DNA of 63,596 bases, the filler included, from Anaerolineae bacterium (GTDB taxonomy: Bacteria > Chloroflexota > Anaerolineae > B4-G1 > DUEL01), in assembly GCA_041082215.1 (NCBI GenBank). It is 14 parts of 14 records of this genome, joined end to end, with 100 filler letters (N's around TTAATTAATTAA, not from the genome) between each part and the next. Parts side by side here need not be neighbours in the genome. Positions count along the whole stretch, not along the records: positions 22,904 to 32,318 come from JBDOIF010000114.1; positions 32,419 to 37,646 come from JBDOIF010000104.1; positions 37,747 to 39,794 come from JBDOIF010000136.1; 11 more parts are not named here. One strand, 5' to 3'. The notes under the pieces were generated by a model. The model ran no database searches and was not told the origin of the DNA. It was given only the letters and a program-made list of their open reading frames with translations. A program made the position numbers and the translations under genes. This document shows, piece by piece, positions 29,845 to 39,462 of this stretch (positions are counted from its first letter, which is position 1; each line of letters starts with the position of its first letter).

Positions 29845-32085
29845 CTACCTCTCCAACCGGACCAGCGGGATCGCATCGTCTGGAAGCCGCTGCCCCTCTG
29901 CATCATATACGGGCAACCGGAGCAATGTAGACAGGTCGTACAGCCCCGTTTGAACCTGCAGGCTACCGCCCTCCACTCCAAGACGGACGATGTGCTGGTC
30001 TAATACAACCTGGCCTGGCAACCACCAGGAGGTGGGATACTCGCCGCCCAACGGCGGTCCGTCAGCCTGCCCCACCAACTGCCCCTCCCCATCCAGCAGG
30101 TGGATGAAGACAGTATAATCGGCCTCGGGGGTCTCATCCGCTTGCCAATAGAGCATCAACTCCAGGGCTTCCTCTCCTCCTTCCCGACGCTGCTCAATAT
30201 CGTAACCCAGCAGCCGAATTGCCGGCCCGAGCTGGTAGTTGACCGGGTGACTGGGCGGGGGCACCGACCCTGAATCCACCACCCGCCACGGCCCGAGAGC
30301 GACGGCATCCCCGCTGCTATCCATCCGGGCCACCCGCCTATCCGCCTCATCAACCAGCCCCACCCGGATCCAGTACAGCCTCGGCGCAGGGGTCCATTCA
30401 GGAAGGATCAGCCGGTGTTCCTGCCGGACCAGGTCGCCAGCCCGCCACAGGTCGCTTGGATACAGGCTCCCCCCCAGCCAGCCCCCCACCTCGGCGACCT
30501 TCCGGGTGGGATCCAGCGATCCCACCTGCACCCAGACCCGATACCGTTGGTCTGGCGTTGCCCAGGCACGCCAGTACAGGACCAGGCGTACTTCTGCACC
30601 TGGGGCCAGGTCTCCAGTGGGAGCATCATAGCCCACAAGCTGGAGGCCTCCATCAAAAATGGCTTCTACCTGTCGGGCTGTCTTCGGCATTCCCGTCCGA
30701 ACCCGTGGCGATGCGAAGGCGGGCCAAAGATACCGCCAGGGCACCAACACATCGAAAAGAACAAGGAGACCTCCCAACGCCACCAGCCCCCAGCGGCCCC
30801 ACCTCCACCGGGTCCATTGGGAAAGTCCCCAGGCACCCAGCACAGCAGCGGCAGCAATGGTGGCGAAGAGAAGCCGGCCGTAGGGAGCGCCGGTCATCAA
30901 AGCCCAGGGCACCAGGGAAACAGCGTTAAGGATGAAAGCGATTCCCAGGAAGATCACCCCTCGTCGAGCCGACACGGGTAGAGAACGAAATGGGCCGCTG
31001 GGGCGACCAGCGGTGACGACACCCAGCACCGCCAGCAACGACACCGAGCAGAAGACCCCATATACCCACGGCTCGACCTGGATCAAAGCCCACCCAAAGG
31101 CAGCCCAATAGGAGCGAGCCACCTTTGAAAACTCTTGAAGGCCAAAATGGGTCAGGGGGACCTGGTGGGCAAAGTGGGGCATCAGACCGAGAGGGTCACC
31201 GTACAGAAGGCTGTTACGTGCGTACCACCAGCCGCCCACCGCTAGCGCCGCTGCCAGGAAGATCGCCCCGTCGGCGACTGCCCTGTACCACGCCTGACGA
31301 GGCTGCCAGACCACGGCGAGAACACCCAGAGGCAAAAGTAGCAACGCACTCTGCTTGGTAAGCAGTCCCAGCCCAGCCAGACTGCCCAGCCCAGCCCAGC
31401 CGATCCAACTGCTACCCTCCCGTATGAAACGGATCGCCTTTAAAAGAAAAAAACCACAAAACACATTGAGCAAGTTGTCGTTTGTCACCCCAGCCGAGAT
31501 GGCGACAAACTGGGGGTTGAGGGCGACGAGGGCTGCGGCCAGCATCGCTACCAGCGGCTGCTCCGGCCACAACGTGCGAGCGATGAGATAGGCACAGAGG
31601 ATCGTCACGCCCCCCAGCCCCAGCGAGAACAGGCGCAGTACATAGGTTGCCCGGACCGTGCTACTCTGAACGAAGCTCTCCTCCGCCCGATGGGCGTAGA
31701 CATTTTTGTTCCACGGGTTACTATCGGCCTGAGGTGCCCATCCCACCTCCCAGCCGGGGTTGGGCACCAACAAATAGGGGAGATCGTCCATATCCTCCCA
31801 GAACACCAGCAATCCGGCCAAGGTATGGTAAAGAGGAGGCGTGTAGTAGAGCGGGGGGTCGTGGTAGGCTAGATACCAGGCCACATCGGCACCAGTGCTG
31901 CGCCAGTGAGAAGGAACCACCCGGGGAGGGAGGCGCCTGTGCCGGGCAATGTAGCGTACAACAGCAAGATGGGCTGATTCGTCGGGCGACTCGAAACAAG
32001 GGGTCACTAACCCATACGTCACCCCCAGCCCCACAAATAGAGCCAGCAGCAGAAGCAGAAACCAACACGCCCGCTTCCAGTCCAT
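29845..32085 (-). CDS. GT-C/DUF2142-like membrane glycosyltransferase with two C-terminal extracellular domains
   Basis: ESPDE.AH, PPLYH, VTND, LLTK; two L.GYD...LYW repeats; start uncertain (32085 or 32094). Confidence 0.7.
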   Translation of the reverse strand: MDWKRACWFLLLLLALFVGLGVTYGLVTPCFESPDESAHLAVVRYIARHRRLPPRVVPSHWRSTGADVAWYLAYHDPPLYYTPPLYHTLAGLLVFWEDMDDLPYLLVPNPGWEVGWAPQADSNPWNKNVYAHRAEESFVQSSTVRATYVLRLFSLGLGGVTILCAYLIARTLWPEQPLVAMLAAALVALNPQFVAISAGVTNDNLLNVFCGFFLLKAIRFIREGSSWIGWAGLGSLAGLGLLTKQSALLLLPLGVLAVVWQPRQAWYRAVADGAIFLAAALAVGGWWYARNSLLYGDPLGLMPHFAHQVPLTHFGLQEFSKVARSYWAAFGWALIQVEPWVYGVFCSVSLLAVLGVVTAGRPSGPFRSLPVSARRGVIFLGIAFILNAVSLVPWALMTGAPYGRLLFATIAAAAVLGAWGLSQWTRWRWGRWGLVALGGLLVLFDVLVPWRYLWPAFASPRVRTGMPKTARQVEAIFDGGLQLVGYDAPTGDLAPGAEVRLVLYWRAWATPDQRYRVWVQVGSLDPTRKVAEVGGWLGGSLYPSDLWRAGDLVRQEHRLILPEWTPAPRLYWIRVGLVDEADRRVARMDSSGDAVALGPWRVVDSGSVPPPSHPVNYQLGPAIRLLGYDIEQRREGGEEALELMLYWQADETPEADYTVFIHLLDGEGQLVGQADGPPLGGEYPTSWWLPGQVVLDQHIVRLGVEGGSLQVQTGLYDLSTLLRLPVYDAEGQRLPDDAIPLVRLER

Positions 32086-32110
32086 CCCCGGCACCCCATA
32101 ACCGGCTCAA

Positions 32111-32318
32111 TCACCTCACCTTGCTCGCTGCCCGTAATCCACTTCGCAGCACCTGCCAGTACGCCCTGATGCGCCCCGCTCGCAGGGGCCGCTTATGGCC
32201 CACCGCCCACTTCGCCGCCTCCAGCCCCAACTGCCAGGCGTAGTTCCCCAGCAGGAAGAGACGCAGCATCTCGGCGGCAAACGGGCCGTGGTACTTGCGG
32301 AAGTAGCGCACCTTGCTG
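32111..32318 (-). CDS. Glycosyltransferase family 2, C-terminal fragment
   Basis: SKVRYFRKYHG, typical of GT2 C-termini; truncated by the contig end. Confidence 0.55.
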
Positions 32319-32418
32319 NNNNNNNNNNNNNNNNNNNNNNNNNNNNNNNNNNNNNNNNNNNNTTAATTAATTAANNNNNNNNNNNNNNNNNNNNNNNNNN
32401 NNNNNNNNNNNNNNNNNN

Positions 32419-33665
32419 GCCTCCTCAGGCGGCACCAGCTCTGTCCCCAGCGCCCAGTTTCCGGTCATAAAAAGCCCCGTCCCCAGGCCGATCAGCACGC
32501 CCGCCCCGTAGAGAACGGCCATTTTCGGCACCCAGATGGCTCCCAGGGCAACAACACCGCCGACGGCAGCCAGCAGCCCGCTGAAGGCAACCACCCGCCG
32601 TTTCCCCAGGCGGTCGGAAATCCAGCCCCCGGCAAGGGCAGAGACCAGGATGAGCAGCCCGATGACCGTCATCAGATTACCGTTCAGGGCAGCGGCCTCT
32701 TCAGCGGTGATCCCGAAGGCGTACATCAGGAAGAAGGGCAGGAAGCCCTGGAAGGACGTGGCAGCGGCCAGGAAGAGGAGCCGGTTGACCACCCACCATG
32801 TAAACGAAGCGTGACGACGGGCGTCCTGTCCCAGGGTCGCATAGGCCCCCGACCAGACGCCTACCACCACCGCCACAGCCATCGCCACCACCCCGCCAAT
32901 CCCGACAGCCACTGACCGGACGGCCTCCCGGCCAGCCAGCGGCCAGGCCACCAATCCGGCCAGCCCGCCAACAACGCCACCCCCCAGCAGACCGGCGGCC
33001 CCGCCCAGGGCAATACCAGCCAGCATCCCCAGCACACGCAGCATCGGGCCTTTGAAGGAAGCGGCAGGCTTTTCCCGGAGCGGCTTCTCCCGGACCAGCA
33101 CCATGGTCAACAGCATGGTCGCCAGCAGCGCCGCGCCGGTGGCGAAGACCGCCCACCCCAGTTGCCCCCTGCCGACCAACTGGGCGATGGTGAAGCCGAC
33201 CAGGATGATCGGGATAAGTTCAAAGACCGCTTTGACGGCGGACGACCGCCCCCGTTGCCCCTCCGGCACCAGGTCCGGGATCAGCCCCTGCAGCGGGCCG
33301 TGGGAGACGTTGGCCGAAAACTGGATGAGCAGGGTGGCGACCAGCAGCATCCAGAAGTTCCCCGAAAGGGCGATCGCGGCCAGGAAGAGCAGGTCGAACA
33401 GCGTGCCGACGAAGATAAAGGGCCGCCGCCGCCCGAAGCGGGAAGTGGAACGGTCGCTCAGGAGGCCAGCGGCCGGCTGCACCAGCATAGCGATGACCAG
33501 CCCGGCCGTGCTGATGAAGCCCAGGGCGGTGTTCCGCGTCGCCTCCGGGACAAAGAGCGCTACCAGGTAGGGCGTGAAGACGGAGCCAACGGCGGTGTTG
33601 CGGATGTTCAGACCCAGCCAGAACAGGTTGATACCAATGTGGTCGTACCAGCGCATGGGTTTCAT
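32419..33665 (-). CDS. MFS transporter, 3'-truncated
   Basis: QP.AG.LSDR..SRFGRRRPF, G.ISDRLGKR. Confidence 0.85.
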
Positions 33666-33762
33666 AGCCCCTCCATAAAGAAGACTCACTATAAAGGCAA
33701 TGCGAGAATGCAAGATCGCAAATCGGTGGGTCGGATTCCGCCCCTCGGTGTGGTGCAGGCTG

Positions 33763-34797
33763 TCAGCCTGTATCTACAGGCCTGGCGGCCTGCGCTACAA
33801 CCGCCTCCACCTCAGCCACCGAAACCTGGTTGACGTCGCCCCAGACCGAGTGCTTCAAACAGGATGCAGCGACGGCGAAGTCCAGCGCCCGCTGGCGGTC
33901 CTCCCCGAACGTCCGCAGGCCGTAGATGAGGCCGGCAGTGAACGCATCCCCGGCCCCCATCCGGTCCACAATCGGGAGAATCTCGTAGAGGGGAGCGGTA
34001 TAGAAACCGTCCGGCTCCCAGAGCGTTGCCGTCCAGGTGTGGTGACGGGCGGAGCGGACGCCGCGCCGGGTGAGGGCAATAAGCCGCAGGGACGGGAAGC
34101 GACGGGCCAGCTCCTCGCTCACCGCCTGGCTTCCCCCCGCCCCCTCCCCGGCGTCCAGCCCGAAGACGGCGGCCAGGCTCCCCGGATTGCCAATGAGGAC
34201 GTCGCAGAGGGAGACCAGTTCGGTCATCACCTCTTCGGGAGAGCGCCCCCAGTCCCACAGCCGCCCCCGGTAGTTCAGGTCGCAGGAGACAGTCAGCCCC
34301 GCCGCCCGCGCCGCCCGGACCGCCTCCCGGCAAACGTCGGCGGCGGAGGGGGAGACCGCCGGAGAGATGCCGCTCCAGTGAAACCAGACGGCATCGGCGA
34401 AAACCTCCGGCCAGGGGATCCTGCCTGGCTCCAGCATGGCGAAGGCGGAGCCGGCCCGGTCGTAGAGGACGGTGTCGGGCCGGTGGGCGGCGCCCCGCTC
34501 ATAGAAGTAGAGCCCCAGACGCGGGCCGCCCCAGACTACGTGCTCCAGGCCGACACCGAACTGGCGCAAGGAGCAGGCACAGGCCCGGCCCAGTTCGTTC
34601 TCGGGGAGCGCGGTGACATGCTCCACCGGCACCCCCCACCCGGCCAGCGCCACAGCCACATTGGCCTCGCTGCCGCCGAAGGTGACCTCCAGCACGCGAG
34701 CCTGGACCAGACGCAGCCGATCCGGCGGTGAGAGCCGCATCATCACCTCGCCGAAGGTCACCACCCTGCCGGTGCCCGGTCGGTCAACCTGTCTCAT
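33763..34797 (-). CDS. kdgK: 2-dehydro-3-deoxygluconokinase-like PfkB sugar kinase
   Basis: FGEVMMRL, GGSEANVA, V.YDRAGSAF, DLNYR..LW, DRMGAGDAF. Confidence 0.8.
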   Translation of the reverse strand: MRQVDRPGTGRVVTFGEVMMRLSPPDRLRLVQARVLEVTFGGSEANVAVALAGWGVPVEHVTALPENELGRACACSLRQFGVGLEHVVWGGPRLGLYFYERGAAHRPDTVLYDRAGSAFAMLEPGRIPWPEVFADAVWFHWSGISPAVSPSAADVCREAVRAARAAGLTVSCDLNYRGRLWDWGRSPEEVMTELVSLCDVLIGNPGSLAAVFGLDAGEGAGGSQAVSEELARRFPSLRLIALTRRGVRSARHHTWTATLWEPDGFYTAPLYEILPIVDRMGAGDAFTAGLIYGLRTFGEDRQRALDFAVAASCLKHSVWGDVNQVSVAEVEAVVAQAARPVDTG

Positions 34798-35539
34798 CGC
34801 CCGTCCACCCAAGCTCGCGTGAAATCTGCCGGGCCGTCTCCCTGACCAGAGGGATCAGTTCCCGGATACGCTCGTGGGTCAGATAGAGGACCGCACTGGA
34901 GACGCTGACGGCCGCCACTCCCCGCCCGGCCCCATCCCGCACCGGCGCGGCGACGCAGCGGATCCCCGGCTCATTCTCCTCCAGGTCCAGCGCATACCCC
35001 TGCCGCGCGACCCGCTCGATCTCCTCCAGAAACCGGTCCGCTTCGGCGATCGTGCGCTCCGTCCGCCGAAGGCCCGGGACGAAGGCCCTCAGCCATTCTT
35101 CCCGCGGCAACGTGGAGACCAGCGCCTTGCCCAGAGCGGTGGACTGGGCCGGGACCCGCGCGCCGATGTATGAAGCCATCTGCAGTTCCCGCTTCCCCGG
35201 CACCTTGTCAATGTAGACGACCTCAGCTCCGTCCAGGACACCCAGGTGGACGGTCTCGCGGGTGGCCTCGGATAGTCCCTCCAGGTAGGGACGGGCCAGC
35301 GAGGGCAGGTGCAGCCCGGCGTAGGCGCGAAAGCCCAGTTCGATCAGTTTGGGCCCCAGGCGGTATCCCTCGCGGGGTGAATGGTGCAGATAGCCCGCGC
35401 GGGCCAGTGTGGCCAGCAGCCGGTGGGCCGTGCTGCGGCTGAGGCCGACACGGGCGCTCAGCCCCTCCAGGTCGTGGACCCCCTCCGCCACGGCCTCCAG
35501 AAGCGCCAGCGCGCGCAGGACAGTCTGGGCAGTCTCCAT
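34784..35539 (-). CDS. IclR-family transcriptional regulator
   Basis: RSTAHRLL, Y.LG, ETVHLG, STALGKA, EENEPGIRCVAAP. Confidence 0.92.
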   Translation of the reverse strand: METAQTVLRALALLEAVAEGVHDLEGLSARVGLSRSTAHRLLATLARAGYLHHSPREGYRLGPKLIELGFRAYAGLHLPSLARPYLEGLSEATRETVHLGVLDGAEVVYIDKVPGKRELQMASYIGARVPAQSTALGKALVSTLPREEWLRAFVPGLRRTERTIAEADRFLEEIERVARQGYALDLEENEPGIRCVAAPVRDGAGRGVAAVSVSSAVLYLTHERIRELIPLVRETARQISRELGWTGDETG

Positions 35540-35548
35540 CTCCCGTTC

Positions 35549-35603
35549 GACGTTTGACGTTTGACGTTTGACGTTTGACGTATTACGTATTGCGTATTCC
35601 GTA
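35549..35603. repeat. Heptamer tandem repeats (GACGTTT)n then (CGTATT.)n
   Basis: Directly visible; same unit as 18761-18830. Confidence 0.7.
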
Positions 35604-36548
35604 GTCGGCCCGGTACGTATCCAGCACAGCCTCCACGTTCCCCCAGCGGGGTTCCCAGCCCAGCACCCGGCGGGCTTTGGAGATGTCAAAAACATAGTCG
35701 GCAACAGCGATGGCGACGTGCTCTGGCTCCAGCGGCGCTTTGCCGAACGGACGCAGGAGCGCGATCGCCAGCCGGGCCAGCCAGACCGGGATGGCCTGGA
35801 TTTGAGACGACGAGCCGACACGGGCGATGACCGTCTCCACCATATCGCGGATGGGCGGCACGTCGGCGCTGCCGATGTGGAAAACCTCCCCGGCGGCGGC
35901 AGGGTGGTCGGCGGCCAGCAGGCAGGCCGAGACGACGTCCTCCGCGTGGATGAACTGAAAGCGGTTGCGGCCGTCGCCCAGGAGCGTCACCGGCTTCCCG
36001 TCCCGGATGGCGGCCATAAGGCCCACCAGGAACGGCTCCTCCAGCCCCGGCCCCACGATAGTCGGCGGCCGCAGAATGACCACCTCCAGCCCCTGGGCCG
36101 TCGCCTCCCGGCAGAGGGCCTCGGCAGCGATCTTGTTGTGGCCGTATTCTCCCAGCGGAGCCAGCGGCCCGTCCTCCGGGCAGGGCACGACCTTCGGCAC
36201 GCCGAAGACCTCCACGCTGGAGAGGAAGACGACCCGGCGGACACCAGTGGCGCGGGCAGCCTCCAGCACGTTCTTCGTCCCGCCCACGTTGACGGCCCGC
36301 ATGGTGTCCGGGTCGGCGCGGCGCTGCGGGATGAGCGCGGCCAGGTGGTGGATGATCTCCACCCCCTCGCAGGCCCGCCGCACCGCATCGGCGTCCCGGA
36401 TGTCCGCGAGCACCCATTCCACATCCGGCTCTGCGTCGTCCGGACGGTGCAGGTCCAGCGCGCGCACGCCAACACCCCGCGCCCGCAGACCGCGCACCAG
36501 ATACCGGCCCAGAAAACCCGCGGCTCCGGTCACCAGATGGAAGGCCAT
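35583..36548 (-). CDS. NAD-dependent epimerase/dehydratase (extended SDR)
   Basis: TGAAGFLG, HLAA, YGHNK catalytic motif. Confidence 0.88.
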   Translation of the reverse strand: MAFHLVTGAAGFLGRYLVRGLRARGVGVRALDLHRPDDAEPDVEWVLADIRDADAVRRACEGVEIIHHLAALIPQRRADPDTMRAVNVGGTKNVLEAARATGVRRVVFLSSVEVFGVPKVVPCPEDGPLAPLGEYGHNKIAAEALCREATAQGLEVVILRPPTIVGPGLEEPFLVGLMAAIRDGKPVTLLGDGRNRFQFIHAEDVVSACLLAADHPAAAGEVFHIGSADVPPIRDMVETVIARVGSSSQIQAIPVWLARLAIALLRPFGKAPLEPEHVAIAVADYVFDISKARRVLGWEPRWGNVEAVLDTYRADYGIRNT

Positions 36549-36589
36549 TTCACCCACCTCCGATGTACAGATGAGAGAGTATCCGCCGA

Positions 36590-37646
36590 TCACCCCGCTG
36601 AGGCAAACTTGACCCCGCTGGCTAACGCAATCACCAGCAGGATGATGAAGAAGATGAAAAATGCCGCGCACGCATACGTCATAACAAGGGTGAAGCGGGC
36701 AGGACGAAACTCGGCTGGCAGGTACTTACGGCAAATATGGATAGCCATCACTGCGATGATGGGGATGAGCATCGTATCCACCGCAGCCGTAACCTGCAGC
36801 ATAAAGACCGGCGCGCGGATGATGAAGGCCAGGAGAGCCGAAGTAAGTATGTAAACGCCCAGGAAGATGTTGTACCATTTTTTCGGCACTTCCTTCCTGC
36901 CCTGGTAAAAGCCAACGGCGCTGGCGGCGACACGGCAGATGCCGTCTATGTTGGCCAGCAGCGTGCTGAAGAGCGTGCCCAGCACTCCCAGCAGAAAAAT
37001 CATCTCTCCAGCTCTGCCCCAATGCCGCCCGGCGATCTGTGAGAGCACGATGCCCAGCGCGTCACCCTCCGGCACGGTGCCCAGCGGCCTGAGTATGACA
37101 GCCCCGGCGATGAGGAAACCGGTGGTAAGGATAGCTGTAATCACCGTGCTGATCATCAGGTCCATGCGGTTGATCTGAATCCAATCCTTGATGCGTGGCA
37201 CATCAGCGGCAGCGGGTTCTCCCTTTTTGCCTGCCATACCACGGTTGCTGGCCTGCGCCCACATAGAGAACCACACCGTACCCACCGCACCGGCGCCCGT
37301 CCAGCCCAGCAGGGGGATGAGTTCGGGCGGCGAGCCTGCGGGTACTCTGGGCACTAACCCGCTCAGTATGTCGCCAGCCGGCGGCAGCGTCCGCGCGATG
37401 GCGTAAAAGACGAAGAAGACCATAACGGCCACCAGCGCGCGTGAAATCTGGGTCAGCGCGCCGTAACTTCCCCAGAAGAGGATGATGCCGACAATCACAA
37501 GGGCCAGCAGCGACCAGATGGCGAACGGCAGGAGGGGAACGAGCGCGTACAGCGCCGCCCCCACTGCCAGCGCGCAGCCGGCCATCCCGGCAATGCTGAA
37601 GATAAACAACACCCACAAAAGCCAGAGTATCCAGCCACGCGGCAGG
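36590..37646 (-). CDS. NRAMP-like membrane transporter, 5'-truncated
   Basis: About 10 TM segments, GLVP, LGWTGAG, LFSTLLA..DG..R. Confidence 0.6.
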
Positions 37647-37916
37647 NNNNNNNNNNNNNNNNNNNNNNNNNNNNNNNNNNNNNNNNNNNNTTAATTAATT
37701 AANNNNNNNNNNNNNNNNNNNNNNNNNNNNNNNNNNNNNNNNNNNNGCGGCTGCGGACAAGCTTTGTCAAGTCCTCTGGGGTGGCAATTCCGGGCCCCAG
37801 GCAGGGGGCAATGACAGGTGCACCTGAATATGAATAGAACACCTGTTCCAAAACCATCATTCGCTTGTGAAAGACCTTTTCCGCTTCCCGCTCGCTAAAA
37901 ATTAACAAGCATATAT

Positions 37917-39131
37917 TCAGCGATTGCGATGCTGCCTGACCTGGCTGAGATGATAAGCCTCGTCATAGGGCTGACGATGCTGCCACAGATGCCAGATAAT
38001 CGCCAGCCAGCGGTTGGCCAGACAACGGTAGGCCTGGTTCTTAGACATCCCCCGCTCCAGGGCCTCGGAGAGGTAGGAGGCAGCCCACGCCGAGTGAGCG
38101 ACCGACTCCATTGCGAACTGCTGGGCAGTGTTACGGTAATCGTGATTGCAGGCCTTGCGGAAGCGGACGTGACGGCTTTTCCCGCTCTGCTCGGTGACGG
38201 GGCAGGTGCCGGCGAGAGCCTGGATGGCCGCTGGGGAGGGGAAACGGTCGCGGTGATCGCCGAACATCACCAGCAGTTTAGGTTCGAGGAGCGCTCCGGC
38301 GCCTGGGAGGGAGGCGAAGATAGGGGCGTCGGGGTGCTGAACGAAGAGGGAACGCACCTCTCCGAGTGTCTGCGCCTTGTGCTCCAGCAAATCGAGGAGG
38401 AGCTGGGCCAGGAAAGTAGCCTCATCCTGGTAGGCCAGGAGGACGGCCTGGGCCGGTTCGAGTGGTGGAGCGGCGAGGCGGGCGTAGAGGTCTGGGAGGC
38501 GGCGGGTAGCGGGGTAGTGATGCTTTTTGCAGAAGGAGACGAACTCGGGGAAGGGGAGCTTATGGGCCTGGTGTGGGGAGGGGTAGGCGATGATGAAATG
38601 TAGGGCGATGGGTGTCTGGAGGTCGGAGAAGAGCGTGCAGGCCTGGGGGTAGTAGCGCTGGAGGACGGCATAGAGGCGATTGGCATAGCGGGTGATGGAC
38701 TGGGAGAGGGAGTCAATGAGGCTGAGTTTAGCCCGCATCTGGATGACGAGAGGGCCGTCGGGCTTCCAGGGGGTGAGGCGGTGGCGGTCGGTGCGCAGGA
38801 GGTCGGCGAGGAGGAAGGCGGATCGGTCGTCGGTGACGGCCCCGCTGGAGGTGAGGCGGCCACGGGCAGCGTGGACAACGGAGGGTGGCACGAAGTAGAC
38901 CTGGTACTGGTGTGCCCAGAGGAAGTCAACGAGGAGATTGTGGATGGTTTCGATGGCTACCAGGCATTGGTTTGGGGGGAGGTTGAAGGGGGCGAGCTGT
39001 TTTTCAAAGGTGGCCAGGCCGGCTGGGGAGTGGGGGAAGCGGAAGCGCAGAAGTGAGGCCCCTCTTTCGTTAAGGACACGCACATCGTGATGGTTCTGAC
39101 TCCAATCAATTCCTATGAGCAGTTCTTCCAT
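37917..39131 (-). CDS. IS110-family recombinase/transposase
   Basis: IGIDW, VAIE, TDDRSA (RuvC-like DEDD domain); SLPGAG, AG.CPVTEQSGK, A.RCLANR. Confidence 0.93.
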   Translation of the reverse strand: MEELLIGIDWSQNHHDVRVLNERGASLLRFRFPHSPAGLATFEKQLAPFNLPPNQCLVAIETIHNLLVDFLWAHQYQVYFVPPSVVHAARGRLTSSGAVTDDRSAFLLADLLRTDRHRLTPWKPDGPLVIQMRAKLSLIDSLSQSITRYANRLYAVLQRYYPQACTLFSDLQTPIALHFIIAYPSPHQAHKLPFPEFVSFCKKHHYPATRRLPDLYARLAAPPLEPAQAVLLAYQDEATFLAQLLLDLLEHKAQTLGEVRSLFVQHPDAPIFASLPGAGALLEPKLLVMFGDHRDRFPSPAAIQALAGTCPVTEQSGKSRHVRFRKACNHDYRNTAQQFAMESVAHSAWAASYLSEALERGMSKNQAYRCLANRWLAIIWHLWQHRQPYDEAYHLSQVRQHRNR

Positions 39132-39139
39132 GGCAACCT

Positions 39140-39371
39140 CCAGAAAGGGATGCTCTCACAGGCAGGACGCGGGTTACCGATAGCCTATCAGGGTGCTCGA
39201 GGCACGGCAAGCTTTCGTCGGTGCTCCCGGTCGCGCCTGGGGGACGGTCCGCAGCAGGCGCTCGAGGCGCAGGCTGAGCGAGGTCCTCTGATCCAGGCGT
39301 TTGCCTGTGAGGCTGAACGGGAAACGGAAAGGTCTTCTGGTATATTGTATCACCTCAGCATATAGTGTCTA
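39140..39371 (-). ncRNA. Putative bridge RNA of the IS110 element
   Basis: 10-bp closing stem (39155-39164 with 39302-39311) enclosing two hairpins, each a 4-bp stem, 12x12-nt internal loop, 4-bp stem and CUCGA loop; loop sequences match target and donor junctions; transcript ends are estimated. Confidence 0.78.
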
Positions 39372-39390
39372 CTGCGTATTATAACTGATA

Positions 39391-39413
39391 GGCTGAAACG
39401 CAGGCCGTTAGCC
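39391..39413 (+). mobile_element. 3' arm of an attC site interrupted by IS110
   Basis: Reconstituted GCGGCTGA-aacgcaggcc-GTTAGCC has the same spacing as GCGGCTGA-gcggccagcc-GTTCGGA in the attC at 20107-20170. Confidence 0.6.
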
Positions 39414-39419
39414 GCCTGC

Positions 39420-39462
39420 AAATAAAAGCCGTTCAGGTGAGCCGCCTGACGGTTTTTATTTT
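39420..39462. terminator. Bidirectional terminator-like hairpin
   Basis: AAATAAAAGCCGTTCAGG-tgagccg-CCTGACGGTTTTTATTTT. Confidence 0.55.

Larger units (their letters stand above)
37755..39392 (-). mobile_element. Complete IS110-family element (about 1.64 kb) with CC core at both junctions
   Basis: Core CC on the minus strand at 39392-39391 and 37756-37755; joining the ends gives TTGACA-17-TATAAT; both junctions match loops in the upstream non-coding RNA. Confidence 0.85.

Noticed and set aside
37908..39364. AGCATATA direct repeat (37908-37915 and 39357-39364) as the IS110 boundary
   Set aside because: IS110 elements do not normally make 8-bp duplications. The CC-core boundaries are supported by guide matches and the perfect junction promoter.
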